Shown: positions 1 through 9,846 of the stretch, piece by piece
How the letters are laid out: each line of letters starts with the position of its first letter
Position numbering within the stretch: position 1 is the stretch's first letter
Source of the DNA: Bacteroidales bacterium
Lineage (GTDB): Bacteria; Bacteroidota; Bacteroidia; Bacteroidales; VadinHA17
Assembly (NCBI GenBank): GCA_020201035.1
Contig: JAIVHO010000034.1
Span: 83,577-147,576 of the forward strand
Reading direction: 5' to 3'
Length of the DNA stretch: 64,000 nt
Translations under genes and position numbers: made by a program
The notes under the pieces: generated by a model
What the model saw: the letters and a program-made list of their open reading frames with translations, nothing else
What the model was told of the DNA's origin: nothing
Database searches by the model: none

Positions 1-1624
1 CTGCCGGCTCCACCTGTCGCTCAACTCCCTCATAACCCTCATCAGTCACCTCCTTGGTTTCAATAAGGTGAAGGATATCTTCCGCCTCAACATTACCACA
101 TGAGGGACACTCGCTCTCGGCCGCATTTACCTGTGAAGTCTCCGTTTTAAAATAGACAATTGAGTCAACCGGATCACCATCATAAGCCATCCTGCCACCC
201 TTATCCAGTATCCAGAGCCGGTCAAAGAGCTTCAATATATCCGACGAGGGCTGATGTATAATGGAAAAAACAAGCTTCCCCTGTCTGGTCTGTCTCTTCA
301 GGAGCTCTATAATTTTCCAGGAATCATGTGATGATAAGCCTGAAGTAGGCTCATCCACAAACAGTACGGCAGGCTCCCGGATAAGCTCCAGACCTATATT
401 GAGTCTCTTTCTCTGGCCTCCGCTGATCTTTTTGTTAAGAGGATTTCCTACCTGCAGATCTCTTATCTCATATAGCTCAAGATCATGCAGAATATTATCC
501 ACCCTCTCTATAATACTCTCATCAGGACAATCACCAAAGCAGAGCCGGGCACTATAGTAGAGGTTCTGAAATACCGTAAGCTCCTCAATAAGAAGATCAT
601 CCTGCGGAATATAGCCTATAATACCTTTCAGGTTTTCCTGTTCACCATAGATATCATACCCATTAAGAAAGACGTGCCCGGTCTCCGGGGGCAGCTTCCC
701 GTTGAGGATATTCAGCAGTGTTGACTTCCCGACACCACTTCCACCCATTATGCCAATCATATTGCCCGAGTCTGCCCTGAAGCTCATCGGTTTAAGTCCC
801 TGATCAGATCCACCGAAAGTAAATGAGATATCGTGCCCCTCGAAACTAAGCCGTTCATTATACTTATTTCTGAAGAACTGCCTCAGGATACCACTGAAAT
901 ATACAGGCTCCATATCTTTCCCCTTGATGCTGACACCCGTCTCAAGAAGGTAGGGTCTTCCCCTTACTACTGTACGCCCCTTAAAATAGAGGGAGTGTGT
1001 TCCGTGGTATGTAAAGATTATGGCGTTAATACTTTCAATATGGAGCATAAAGAGCGATCCTGTAAGGCCCTCCACAAAAAGGTTGTGCCAGGTGGCACTT
1101 CTGGTGTACTGCTCCGACCTGCTTTCATCATGGTCACAACCCTCTATCAGCATCAGGCAATCAGGGGTTACATCGTCAAAATGATTTCCCACCATAAACG
1201 CCATGGCATTATCATACTCCTTTGAGGGTATGGAGAAGGTACGTGCAACAATATCTATTATATGCCGCTCATGGGGGGTCATCTCACTATCCTCATAGAT
1301 AAATTCCAGCAACTGCAGGAATACTATCATCCGCTCTTCCAGAAAAAGACCCTTACGGATCTGTCTGCATATATTGGTAATCTGAAAATTGATCAGGGAG
1401 CTCTCCTCTGCCAGTCCCTCCTCTCCGAGAGATGAGAGCTCATCGGCATAAAAAGTCAGGTTATTCTCAAAAAGCTTAAAATACTCCTCTTCCAGTTCCG
1501 GATTAAGATACCGCCTGAGATAACCGCGCAGTATTCGCCTCCCCCTGGGTGTAATCCCGCCGGGATTTACATTTGACAGAATGGCAAATATGTGCACAAG
1601 CGCTAGAAGTACCGGCTCCCTCAT
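1..1624 (-). CDS. ABC transporter ATP-binding protein (ABCG/ABC-2-type NBD) with a roughly 250-aa N-terminal non-ABC extension; partial, 3' end runs off the window
   Basis: Absent from the ORF track because there is no stop in the window. Hand translation of the minus strand from ATG at 1624-1622 gives MREPVLLALVHIF... The frame stays open to position 1. Walker A GIMGGSGVGKSTLLN, ABC signature ISGGQRKRLNIG, Walker B VLFVDEPTSGL. Confidence 0.85.
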   Translation of the reverse strand, partial: MREPVLLALVHIFAILSNVNPGGITPRGRRILRGYLRRYLNPELEEEYFKLFENNLTFYADELSSLGEEGLAEESSLINFQITNICRQIRKGLFLEERMIVFLQLLEFIYEDSEMTPHERHIIDIVARTFSIPSKEYDNAMAFMVGNHFDDVTPDCLMLIEGCDHDESRSEQYTRSATWHNLFVEGLTGSLFMLHIESINAIIFTYHGTHSLYFKGRTVVRGRPYLLETGVSIKGKDMEPVYFSGILRQFFRNKYNERLSFEGHDISFTFGGSDQGLKPMSFRADSGNMIGIMGGSGVGKSTLLNILNGKLPPETGHVFLNGYDIYGEQENLKGIIGYIPQDDLLIEELTVFQNLYYSARLCFGDCPDESIIERVDNILHDLELYEIRDLQVGNPLNKKISGGQRKRLNIGLELIREPAVLFVDEPTSGLSSHDSWKIIELLKRQTRQGKLVFSIIHQPSSDILKLFDRLWILDKGGRMAYDGDPVDSIVYFKTETSQVNAAESECPSCGNVEAEDILHLIETKEVTDEGYEGVERQVEPA

Positions 1625-1702
1625 AATATTCGGTTAAAAAAAAGCCGCGAATCAGTCCGGGTATTACAACCGTGATCGCGGCAACGGGATTATAAAAGGA
1701 AA

Positions 1703-2521
1703 TCAGGAGATCATCTCTTCCCTGACCTTCTCAATAGCAAGTGTAATAGCCTCAACCTCCTTTACGGTAATACTCTCATCAACTCCTTCATATATTACCC
1801 TGACAGGCTCAAGTAACCTGAGAATTTCACTTACTGAAGGCTCATCTGCATAAGGCTTTGCAATCTCAAGAAAAAGATCAAATGACTTCTTCTGCTCCAT
1901 CAGTACCCTGACCATCCCCTCAACATGATAAACGGTTTCCGAGATATGGGTTGTAATATACATCCCTTCAACCCATGCACCGGCTACAACCATAATTGCC
2001 TGCGCCTCCTGATCATTGTCAATTAGGTATTTATAGGTCCCGTTGAATGCTGAGGTAAGAATAGAGACGAGCCTGTCCCTGTCGTCATAACTCTGCTTAA
2101 TCTCATTATAGAGACGTTCGTTATACAGAGGGCTCAGATTGAGCTCATTTGCAAGAACCCTTATGGTATTGAGATAATTCAGAGCCTCCTGTTCCATGTT
2201 ATAAAGAGTAGCATAACTCAGATCAGCCCCGTAAATGCCCATATTCAGAGCCATCTTCATGCTTGAGATGTAATTATTAACATTCTGTGGCAGATTGGAG
2301 ATCCCAATGATATAACCTACCTCAAGCTCGGTAAGCATCCTGATTACCTCGGCTGACGTAGGCAGCGGATAAACTGCTTCTTCTATCTCCCTTGTCAGTG
2401 TCTCTACCTCCTCACTGCCAACCTTTTTCTGCGTGTCACCACTCCTGTTTCCCTTACATGAAGTTGCAACAGTCAGGGAGAAAACTATCAGTGGCAAAAG
2501 AACAAATAAAATTCGTTTCAT
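1703..2521 (-). CDS. hypothetical lipoprotein
   Basis: 272-aa ORF with a signal peptide plus lipobox (LTVATSC); no recognisable catalytic motif. Confidence 0.6.
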   Translation of the reverse strand: MKRILFVLLPLIVFSLTVATSCKGNRSGDTQKKVGSEEVETLTREIEEAVYPLPTSAEVIRMLTELEVGYIIGISNLPQNVNNYISSMKMALNMGIYGADLSYATLYNMEQEALNYLNTIRVLANELNLSPLYNERLYNEIKQSYDDRDRLVSILTSAFNGTYKYLIDNDQEAQAIMVVAGAWVEGMYITTHISETVYHVEGMVRVLMEQKKSFDLFLEIAKPYADEPSVSEILRLLEPVRVIYEGVDESITVKEVEAITLAIEKVREEMIS

Positions 2522-2733
2522 ACATTTATGGTTTTAATCAATAAGCATTTAAAGTCATTTTCCTTGCTGCTGTTATTCAGCTGAAACATCTCGTTAATGA
2601 TCCTCTGTTAGGTGCCATAAAAATATAAAAAAATCTGATAACAGCCGACCAAATAACAAATTGATTAACCTGCTCATCAATTTGATTTTTTTGTAATCCG
2701 GGATAGTTTAACTTTACTAATGATTCTGAATAT

Positions 2734-3822
2734 ATGGCGGGAACAAAAAAACATAATAAACGGGGGAAAAATATTGAGCCCCCCGGACAAAAAGAGTTAT
2801 ATGGCCGGATTGCAGATTCAGGTGGATTAATATCTGAATCATCCGTGAAACTGAAGGTTCAGAGAAGGATAGTGCTGTTCTCTCTTATGCTCTTCTTTGC
2901 CAAGATGGTTGCCTATTTTATCACCAACTCGGTGGCTGTACTTACCGATGCACTTGAAAGCATAGTAAATGTTACAACAGGCTTTATTACACTCTACAGT
3001 ATCTCGGTGGCTATTAAACCGCGGGACAAAAATCACCCTTTCGGGCACGGAAAAATTGAATCCCTGTCTGCGTCGCTCGAGGGGTTGATGATTATTATTG
3101 CCGGACTGATAATTATCTACGAGGCTGTAAGAAGATTTTTTGACCCTGCAGCAGTTCAACAGCTGAATATTGCAATTGTGATAACAGGCGTGGCCGGACT
3201 CCTCAACTACATAGTGGGAGGACTGAGTATAAGAACAGGCAGAAAGCACAACTCCATTGCCCTGATATCAGGCGGAAGACACCTGCAGAGTGATGCCTAC
3301 AGTACGGCCGGACTGATTGCTGGTCTTCTGATTATAATAATTACAGGACGGATATGGATAGACTCTGTTATAGCAATTATCTTCGGAATAATTATTCTTT
3401 TAACCGGAATCAGGATTTTGAAAGAGACCACCTCCACGCTTATGGATGAGGCTGACATGGTTCAACTTCAGGATATTGTAAAGTCGGTCTCCAACAACAG
3501 AAGTGAAAACTGGATTGAGGTGCATAACCTTAGGCTTGTCAAGTACGGAGATTCGGTTCATATCGACTGTGATCTTACACTACCATGGTATATGACCATA
3601 AGAGAAGCCCACAGGGAGAGCGACCTTCTGAAGGAGAGAGTTGCAGAAGGAACAGGCTGGCCCTCGGATATGACTATTCACACCGATGCCTGCTACCCTG
3701 CCCTATGCAGGATATGCCCAATTGAAAAGTGCCATGTTCGGCTACACAGCCAGACAGGTGAGGTGAAATGGACTCTGGAGAAAATGATCAGCAGAGATCC
3801 GCAGGTTCCCCGTGAAAAATAG
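2734..3822 (+). CDS. cation diffusion facilitator (CDF) family metal efflux transporter with a Cys-rich C-terminal tail
   Basis: Six predicted TM segments, a CDF-type HPFGHGKIE motif and DALES in TM2. The tail reads CYPALCRICPIEKCH. Confidence 0.85.
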   Translation: MAGTKKHNKRGKNIEPPGQKELYGRIADSGGLISESSVKLKVQRRIVLFSLMLFFAKMVAYFITNSVAVLTDALESIVNVTTGFITLYSISVAIKPRDKNHPFGHGKIESLSASLEGLMIIIAGLIIIYEAVRRFFDPAAVQQLNIAIVITGVAGLLNYIVGGLSIRTGRKHNSIALISGGRHLQSDAYSTAGLIAGLLIIIITGRIWIDSVIAIIFGIIILLTGIRILKETTSTLMDEADMVQLQDIVKSVSNNRSENWIEVHNLRLVKYGDSVHIDCDLTLPWYMTIREAHRESDLLKERVAEGTGWPSDMTIHTDACYPALCRICPIEKCHVRLHSQTGEVKWTLEKMISRDPQVPREK

Positions 3823-3847
3823 TTTTTGCAGTAATCATTATTATCCC

Positions 3848-3855
3848 TATTTTTG
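3848..3855 (+). promoter_or_regulatory. Bacteroidota-type -7 promoter box (TATTTTTG) upstream of patB-carA-carB
   Basis: Matches TAnnTTTG, 26 nt upstream of the ATG at 3881. Confidence 0.35.
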
Positions 3856-3880
3856 AACCCCGGAATAAAGGTTCTGGGTT

Positions 3881-5053
3881 ATGAGATACAATTTCGACAA
3901 TCCTGTCAGCCGGCAGGGCACAAGCAGTGTAAAGTATGATCGCAGGGAAGAGGTCTTCGGGAAAGAGGATATTATCCCTATGTGGGTGGCTGACATGGAT
4001 TTCTGCCCGCCTCCTTCAGTGACCGAAGCCATCCGTAACAGGGCCGGTCATGAAATTCTTGGCTATTCTGTACGCCGTCAGGAGTACTATGACTCAATTA
4101 TCAGATGGCACAGACAAAGATATAACTGGGATATAAACCCCGGGTCAATACTCTTTTCTCCGGGCGTGGTGCCGGCTCTTAACATTGCCACACTTGCCTT
4201 TACAAAACCCGGCGATTCAATTATTGTACAGCCGCCAGTCTACTTCCCTTTCTTCACAGCAGTTACAGACCACGGCCGCCGGTTAGCTACCAACAGGTTA
4301 ATGTTCAGCGACGGACGTTACCGCTTCAATAACGAGCGACTGAGAGAAGAGTGCCGGAATGGTGCAAAAATGCTCTTCCTGTCAAACCCGCATAATCCGG
4401 TCGGAAGAGTATGGACCCGCGATGAACTGCTGGGAATAGCAGAAATATGCATTGAATACGGTGTTATTATTATAAGCGATGAAATACACTGTGACCTGGT
4501 GCTTACAGGCCACAGGCATACCCCGGTGGCAACCCTTTCAGAGGAGATCGCCGGGTCAACGATTACCTGTGTGGCACCTAGTAAAACATTTAACCTTGCC
4601 GGAATGGCAACCTCTTCCATTATTATTGACAACAGCGGGCTGAGGACCCGGTTTGCCTCTCTAATTGACTCCCTCCATATAACAAATGGCAATATCTTCG
4701 GCACTGAAGCTTCCATTGCAGCCTATTCGGAAGGTGAAGAGTGGCTGGAACAGCTTATTCAGTACCTAGAAGGCAATATAGATTATGTTACCGGTTTCTG
4801 CAGTGAGAACCTTCCGGTTATAAAACCTGTCAGGCCTGAAGCAACCTATCTGTTGTGGCTCGACTGCAGGGAGATGGGGATGACCGGCAGTGAACTTAAC
4901 AACTTCTTCGTAAACCGGGCCGGACTCGGTCTGAATGAAGGTTCAACCTTCGGGGAAGGTGGAGAGGGGTTTATGAGAATGAACCTGGCCACACCCCTGT
5001 CCACCGTAAAAAAAGCAATGAACCAGTTACTGGCAGCATTCAGAGATACTTAA
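3881..5053 (+). CDS. patB: PLP-dependent C-S lyase / aminotransferase, MalY/PatB family (cystathionine beta-lyase-like)
   Basis: N-terminus SSVKYDRREEVFGKEDIIPMWVADMDF is typical of the PatB/MalY family. 390 aa; SKTFNLAG supplies the PLP-lysine motif. Confidence 0.8.
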   Translation: MRYNFDNPVSRQGTSSVKYDRREEVFGKEDIIPMWVADMDFCPPPSVTEAIRNRAGHEILGYSVRRQEYYDSIIRWHRQRYNWDINPGSILFSPGVVPALNIATLAFTKPGDSIIVQPPVYFPFFTAVTDHGRRLATNRLMFSDGRYRFNNERLREECRNGAKMLFLSNPHNPVGRVWTRDELLGIAEICIEYGVIIISDEIHCDLVLTGHRHTPVATLSEEIAGSTITCVAPSKTFNLAGMATSSIIIDNSGLRTRFASLIDSLHITNGNIFGTEASIAAYSEGEEWLEQLIQYLEGNIDYVTGFCSENLPVIKPVRPEATYLLWLDCREMGMTGSELNNFFVNRAGLGLNEGSTFGEGGEGFMRMNLATPLSTVKKAMNQLLAAFRDT

Positions 5054-5064
5054 TAACTTGAAGT

Positions 5065-6156
5065 ATGACTAAATCGATACCGGTTACCCTTACCCTTGAA
5101 GATGGAACACGCTTTACGGGAAGATCGTTCGGCAGCACATCACCCTCAGCAGGCGAAGTGGTTTTCAACACGGCAATGACAGGATACCCCGAGAGCCTTA
5201 CCGACCCATCCTACCGAGGACAGATACTCTGTCTTACATATCCCCTTGTAGGAAACTACGGAGCTCCCGGTGATGAAAAGGAGGATCATCTCCTCCGTTT
5301 CAGGGAGTCCTCCTCAATACATATTTCCGGCCTTATAGTATCTGACTACTCATTCCAGTACAGCCACTGGAACGCCAGTGAATCCCTTCACCACTGGCTC
5401 GAAAAAAACGGTATTCCGGGCATTTATGGAATTGATACCAGAGCACTGACCAAACGGCTCAGGGAAAAAGGATCAATGCTTGGCAAACTGGAACCATCAG
5501 GATCGGAAATCACCTTTAGCGATCCCAACACCAGAAATCTCGTTGATGAAGTAAGCAGCAGAGAGGTAAAAACCTATGGCAGCGGGAAGTACCGTATAGT
5601 GCTTGTAGACTGCGGGGTTAAATACAATATCATAAGGAGCCTGCTGATGTATGATACAACGGTTATCAGGGTACCATGGGACTATAACTATAATAATCTT
5701 GAATTTGACGGACTTTTTATCTCCAACGGCCCGGGTGATCCGGTAATGTGCAGCACTGCCATAGTCAATATTGCAGCCTCACTTGAAGGAGAGAGGCCCA
5801 TCTTTGGCATTTGCCTCGGCAACCAGCTGATGGCCCTTGCCTCAGGGGCAACCACCTATAAACTGAGATATGGCCACCGGAGTCATAACCAGCCTGTGCT
5901 GCTGGCCGGGAGCGACAGGGCTTATATCACCTCACAGAACCACGGCTTTGCAGTCGATAACAACACCCTTTCTCCCGAATGGGAGCCCCTCTTTATCAAC
6001 CTTAATGACAAAACAAACGAAGGGATGAAACACAGGTCAAAACCCTTCTTCTCCACCCAGTTTCACCCTGAAGCTTCAGGCGGACCAACGGATACAGCTT
6101 TTCTCTTCTCTGACTTTATTAATAATATTAAACGCTATCTGGGGGAAGATATTTAA
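5065..6156 (+). CDS. carA: carbamoyl-phosphate synthase small (glutamine amidotransferase) subunit
   Basis: FNTAMTGYPESLTDPSYRGQIL in the N-domain; GATase triad motifs GICLGNQL and FSTQFHPE. Confidence 0.93.
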   Translation: MTKSIPVTLTLEDGTRFTGRSFGSTSPSAGEVVFNTAMTGYPESLTDPSYRGQILCLTYPLVGNYGAPGDEKEDHLLRFRESSSIHISGLIVSDYSFQYSHWNASESLHHWLEKNGIPGIYGIDTRALTKRLREKGSMLGKLEPSGSEITFSDPNTRNLVDEVSSREVKTYGSGKYRIVLVDCGVKYNIIRSLLMYDTTVIRVPWDYNYNNLEFDGLFISNGPGDPVMCSTAIVNIAASLEGERPIFGICLGNQLMALASGATTYKLRYGHRSHNQPVLLAGSDRAYITSQNHGFAVDNNTLSPEWEPLFINLNDKTNEGMKHRSKPFFSTQFHPEASGGPTDTAFLFSDFINNIKRYLGEDI

Positions 6157-6187
6157 AGAAAGGAATAGCAAAGAGTTATCCCCTTAA

Positions 6188-6315
6188 GGGCACAGACACC
6201 AAAGGGCACAGACACCAAAGGGATCAGAGACCAAAGGGCACAGACACCAAAGGGCACAGAGACCAAAGGGCACAGACACCAAAGGGATCAGAGACCAAAG
6301 GGCTGAGAGAAGATA
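6188..6315. repeat. 16-bp tandem repeat, 7 good units plus 1 degenerate (consensus gggcacagacaccaaa), in the carA-carB spacer
   Basis: Units read directly at 6188, 6204, 6220, 6236, 6252, 6268 and 6284, with a degenerate unit at 6300. Variants are cac/atc and c/g. Confidence 0.95.
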
Positions 6316-6433
6316 AGATAAAAGGTCAATAAGGAAGGAAGAGAAAACAGCGAAGTAAACGCCAACAGGGAAATGCCCTGAAGAGCCACAGATTGAACAG
6401 GCAGAGAGAAACCAGAATTAAAAGCAACAGGAG

Positions 6434-9400
6434 ATGGACCACGGGATAAAAAAAGTTATACTGCTAGGATCGGGAGCACTTAAGATAGGAGAAGCCGGTG
6501 AATTTGATTACAGCGGATCCCAGGCACTGAAAGCGCTCAGGGAGGAGGGTATAAAAAGTGTGCTTATCAACCCTAATATAGCAACAGTGCAGACATCGGA
6601 GGAGATAGCCGACACCATCTACTTCCTTCCTGTAACCCCCTCCTTTGTTGAAAAGATTATTGACAGGGAACGGCCTGATGGAATACTTCTCTCCTTTGGT
6701 GGTCAGACAGCACTGAACTGCGGAACCGAACTCTACAGAAAAGGAGTTTTTGAAAAATACAATGTGAGGGTGCTCGGCACACCGGTAAAGGCGATAATGG
6801 AGACAGAAGACAGGGAACTGTTTGTTGGCAAGCTTAAGGAGATCAATGTTGACACTCCACGCAGCATAGCCACCGGATCAGTTGAAGAGGCCCTTGATGC
6901 AGCAGGGAAACTTGGCTATCCGGTTATTGTAAGGGCAGCCTATACTCTGGGAGGACAGGGAAGCGGTTTCTGCGGTAACGATACAGAGCTGAATGCCCTG
7001 GTGAACAGAGCATTCTCATACACCAACCAGGTGCTTGTGGAGGAGTCTCTGAAGGGATGGAAGGAGGTGGAGTACGAGGTGGTACGCGACAGGTTCGATA
7101 ACTGCATCACCGTATGCAATATGGAAAACTTTGATCCCCTGGGGATACATACCGGTGAAAGTATAGTTGTAGCTCCGTCACAGACACTCACTAACAGCGA
7201 ATACCATAAACTGCGGGAGCTCTCCATTAAGATTGTAAGACATATAGGAATAGTTGGGGAGTGTAACGTGCAGTATGCCCTTGATCCTGAATCGGAGGAT
7301 TACAGGGTGATAGAGGTGAATGCCAGACTCTCCAGATCAAGTGCCCTGGCCTCCAAGGCAACAGGGTATCCCCTTGCATTTGTTGCCGCCAGGCTGGCCC
7401 TTGGATACGGCCTTCACCAGCTGACAAATATGGTGACAGGAACAACTACCGCCTGCTTTGAGCCGGCCCTGGATTATATCGTCTGCAAAATTCCACGATG
7501 GGATCTGAATAAGTTCCAGGGTGTATCACACCAGATTGGAAGCAGCATGAAAAGCGTGGGTGAAGTAATGGCTATAGGCCGTACCTTCGAGGAGGTAATA
7601 CAAAAAGGACTCCGGATGATAGGACAGGGCATGCACGGCTTTACCGGTAACAGGAATATAGTATTCAGTGATATTGAAAAGGAGCTGTCGCAGCCTACCG
7701 ACATGAGAATCTTCGCTGTGGCAGAGGCACTTGACAGGGGATACTCTGTAGACAGGATCCACGAGCTTACTATGATTGACAGATGGTTTCTTTACAAACT
7801 AAAACATATTATTGATATAAGGAACCGCCTCAGGGAGTTTAACACCCTTGAATCAGCTTCCGAAGAACTTATCCTTGACGCAAAGATTTATGGTTTCAGT
7901 GACTTCCAGATTGCAAGGGAGGTGCTGAAACCAGGACCCGGGACAATGTGGGAGGAGATGACCGAGGTTAGGGAGTACCGTAAATCGCGGGGAATAATTC
8001 CCAGGGTAAAGCAGATAGATACCCTGGCAGCCGAGTACCCTGCAGTAACAAACTACCTCTATCTTACCTATTCGGGCAGCGAGCATGATATATGGTTTGA
8101 AAATGATAAAAGATCGGTTATAGTGCTGGGATCGGGTGCCTATCGCATCGGGTCCAGCGTGGAGTTTGACTGGTGCTCGGTCAATGCTACCAATACAATA
8201 AGAAAATCAGGATTCAGAGCCGTTGTAATAAACTACAACCCTGAAACTGTCAGCACCGATTACGACATATGCGACAGGCTCTACTTCGATGAACTCTCTT
8301 ATGAGCGGGTAATGGATATTACTGACCTTGAGACACCTGCAGGTGTTATTGTCTCGGTGGGCGGACAGATACCAAACAACCTCGCTGTAAGGCTTAGCGC
8401 GCAAAACGTGCCCATACTGGGCACCACTGCAGAGTCAATAAACCGTGCTGAAAACAGGCACATATTCTCTTCAATGCTTGATGATCTGGGAATTGACCAG
8501 CCGCGCTGGCAGGAGCTGACCAGTATTGAAGATATATTCGGGTTTGCTGACCGCATAGGATTCCCACTGCTGATTCGGCCATCCTATGTGCTGTCAGGAG
8601 CTGCTATGAACGTGGTGAGCAACAGGGAGGAGTTATCCCATTTCCTTAAGCTGGCAGCGAGTGTATCCAAACAGTACCCGGTAGTTGTATCAGAATTTAT
8701 TGAAAATGCCAAGGAGATAGAGGTTGATGCAGTGGCACTGAAGGGAGAGGTACTTGCATACGCCATAAGCGAACATGTGGAGTTTGCAGGGGTCCATTCA
8801 GGTGATGCCACCATTGTATTTCCTCCCCAGAAGCTCTACTTTGAAACGGTACGGAGGATAAAACGTATTACACGACTGATATCAGAAGAGCTTAATATTA
8901 CAGGTCCCTTCAATATACAGTTTCTGGCAAGGGATAATGATATTAAGGTGATAGAGTGCAATCTGCGCGCCAGCAGGAGTATGCCTTTTGTCTCCAAGGT
9001 GCTTAAAACCAATCTTATAGAGCTTGCTACCAGGGCAATGCTCGGGTTACCGGTTGAGAAACCTCATAAATCGGTGTTTGACCTGGAATATGTGGGTGTA
9101 AAGGCACCACAGTTTTCCTTTTCAAGGCTCTCAAGCGCAGACCCGGTTCTGGGTGTTGACATGGCATCCACAGGTGAGGTGGGATGTATTGGAGAAGGAT
9201 TCTATGAGGCAATCCTGAAGGCTATGCTGTCGGTTGGCTATACAATCCCCCGTAAAGGGATACTGCTTTCGACCGGACCGGCGCGTTCAAAGGTTGAGCT
9301 GCTCAACAGTGCCCGAACTCTCCGGGAGAAAGGCTACCGGCTCTATGCCACAAAGGGAACAAGGGATTTCCTTGTCAATGCGGGTATTGAGGCAGAAACA

Positions 9401-9652
9401 GCATGGTGGCCTGATGAGGACAGAAAGCCCAACACCCTTGATCTGATACGTAACAGGGAGGTTGACCTGGTGGTAAACATCCCCAAAAACCTCTCAAGTG
9501 ATGAACTGAATAATGATTATGCAATCAGGCGGGCAGCCGTCGATTACAACATACCGCTTCTTACCAATGCCCGACTGGCTTCGGCCTTTATCCTGGCATT
9601 CTGCAGGATGGATCCTGATGAGCTGGAGATAAAAAGCTGGGATGAGTATTAA
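6434..9652 (+). CDS. carB: carbamoyl-phosphate synthase large subunit
   Basis: 1072 aa with duplicated ATP-grasp halves (ILLGSGALKIGEAGEFDYSG... and VIVLGSGAYRIGSSVEFDWC...) and a C-terminal MGS-like domain. Confidence 0.97.
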   Translation: MDHGIKKVILLGSGALKIGEAGEFDYSGSQALKALREEGIKSVLINPNIATVQTSEEIADTIYFLPVTPSFVEKIIDRERPDGILLSFGGQTALNCGTELYRKGVFEKYNVRVLGTPVKAIMETEDRELFVGKLKEINVDTPRSIATGSVEEALDAAGKLGYPVIVRAAYTLGGQGSGFCGNDTELNALVNRAFSYTNQVLVEESLKGWKEVEYEVVRDRFDNCITVCNMENFDPLGIHTGESIVVAPSQTLTNSEYHKLRELSIKIVRHIGIVGECNVQYALDPESEDYRVIEVNARLSRSSALASKATGYPLAFVAARLALGYGLHQLTNMVTGTTTACFEPALDYIVCKIPRWDLNKFQGVSHQIGSSMKSVGEVMAIGRTFEEVIQKGLRMIGQGMHGFTGNRNIVFSDIEKELSQPTDMRIFAVAEALDRGYSVDRIHELTMIDRWFLYKLKHIIDIRNRLREFNTLESASEELILDAKIYGFSDFQIAREVLKPGPGTMWEEMTEVREYRKSRGIIPRVKQIDTLAAEYPAVTNYLYLTYSGSEHDIWFENDKRSVIVLGSGAYRIGSSVEFDWCSVNATNTIRKSGFRAVVINYNPETVSTDYDICDRLYFDELSYERVMDITDLETPAGVIVSVGGQIPNNLAVRLSAQNVPILGTTAESINRAENRHIFSSMLDDLGIDQPRWQELTSIEDIFGFADRIGFPLLIRPSYVLSGAAMNVVSNREELSHFLKLAASVSKQYPVVVSEFIENAKEIEVDAVALKGEVLAYAISEHVEFAGVHSGDATIVFPPQKLYFETVRRIKRITRLISEELNITGPFNIQFLARDNDIKVIECNLRASRSMPFVSKVLKTNLIELATRAMLGLPVEKPHKSVFDLEYVGVKAPQFSFSRLSSADPVLGVDMASTGEVGCIGEGFYEAILKAMLSVGYTIPRKGILLSTGPARSKVELLNSARTLREKGYRLYATKGTRDFLVNAGIEAETAWWPDEDRKPNTLDLIRNREVDLVVNIPKNLSSDELNNDYAIRRAAVDYNIPLLTNARLASAFILAFCRMDPDELEIKSWDEY

Positions 9653-9664
9653 CCATAACAAAGT

Positions 9665-9698
9665 GGTTCAACACACTTAAAGGTTCAACACACTTAAA
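9665..9698. repeat. exact 17-bp tandem duplication (ggttcaacacacttaaa x2) 13 nt after the carB stop
   Basis: Read directly from the sequence. Confidence 0.9.
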
Positions 9699-9846
9699 GA
9701 TATTATATGAAACGAACATGATATTTTTTAAGCATAAATATCACAAAAGAATATGTTTAAAAAACATTATGCGAGAGCGAAGCGGTTCCATTCGTTCTCA
9801 AATTTTTAATTACCTTCTTGTCAGATAATTACAAAATTTTAAACGT

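Noticed and set aside
6220-6299. PyrR-binding attenuator in the carA-carB spacer
   Set aside because: Only a loose resemblance (AUCAGAGACC versus the UCCAGAGAGG core as I recall it) and no antiterminator/terminator hairpin pair. It is mentioned in the spacer finding only as a hypothesis to test, not called as a feature.
6188-6315. Possible CRISPR arrays at the 16-bp (6188-6315) and 26-bp (36421-36625) repeats
   Set aside because: The units are contiguous with no unique spacers, the units are too short, and there are no cas genes in the window. These are tandem repeats, not CRISPR.
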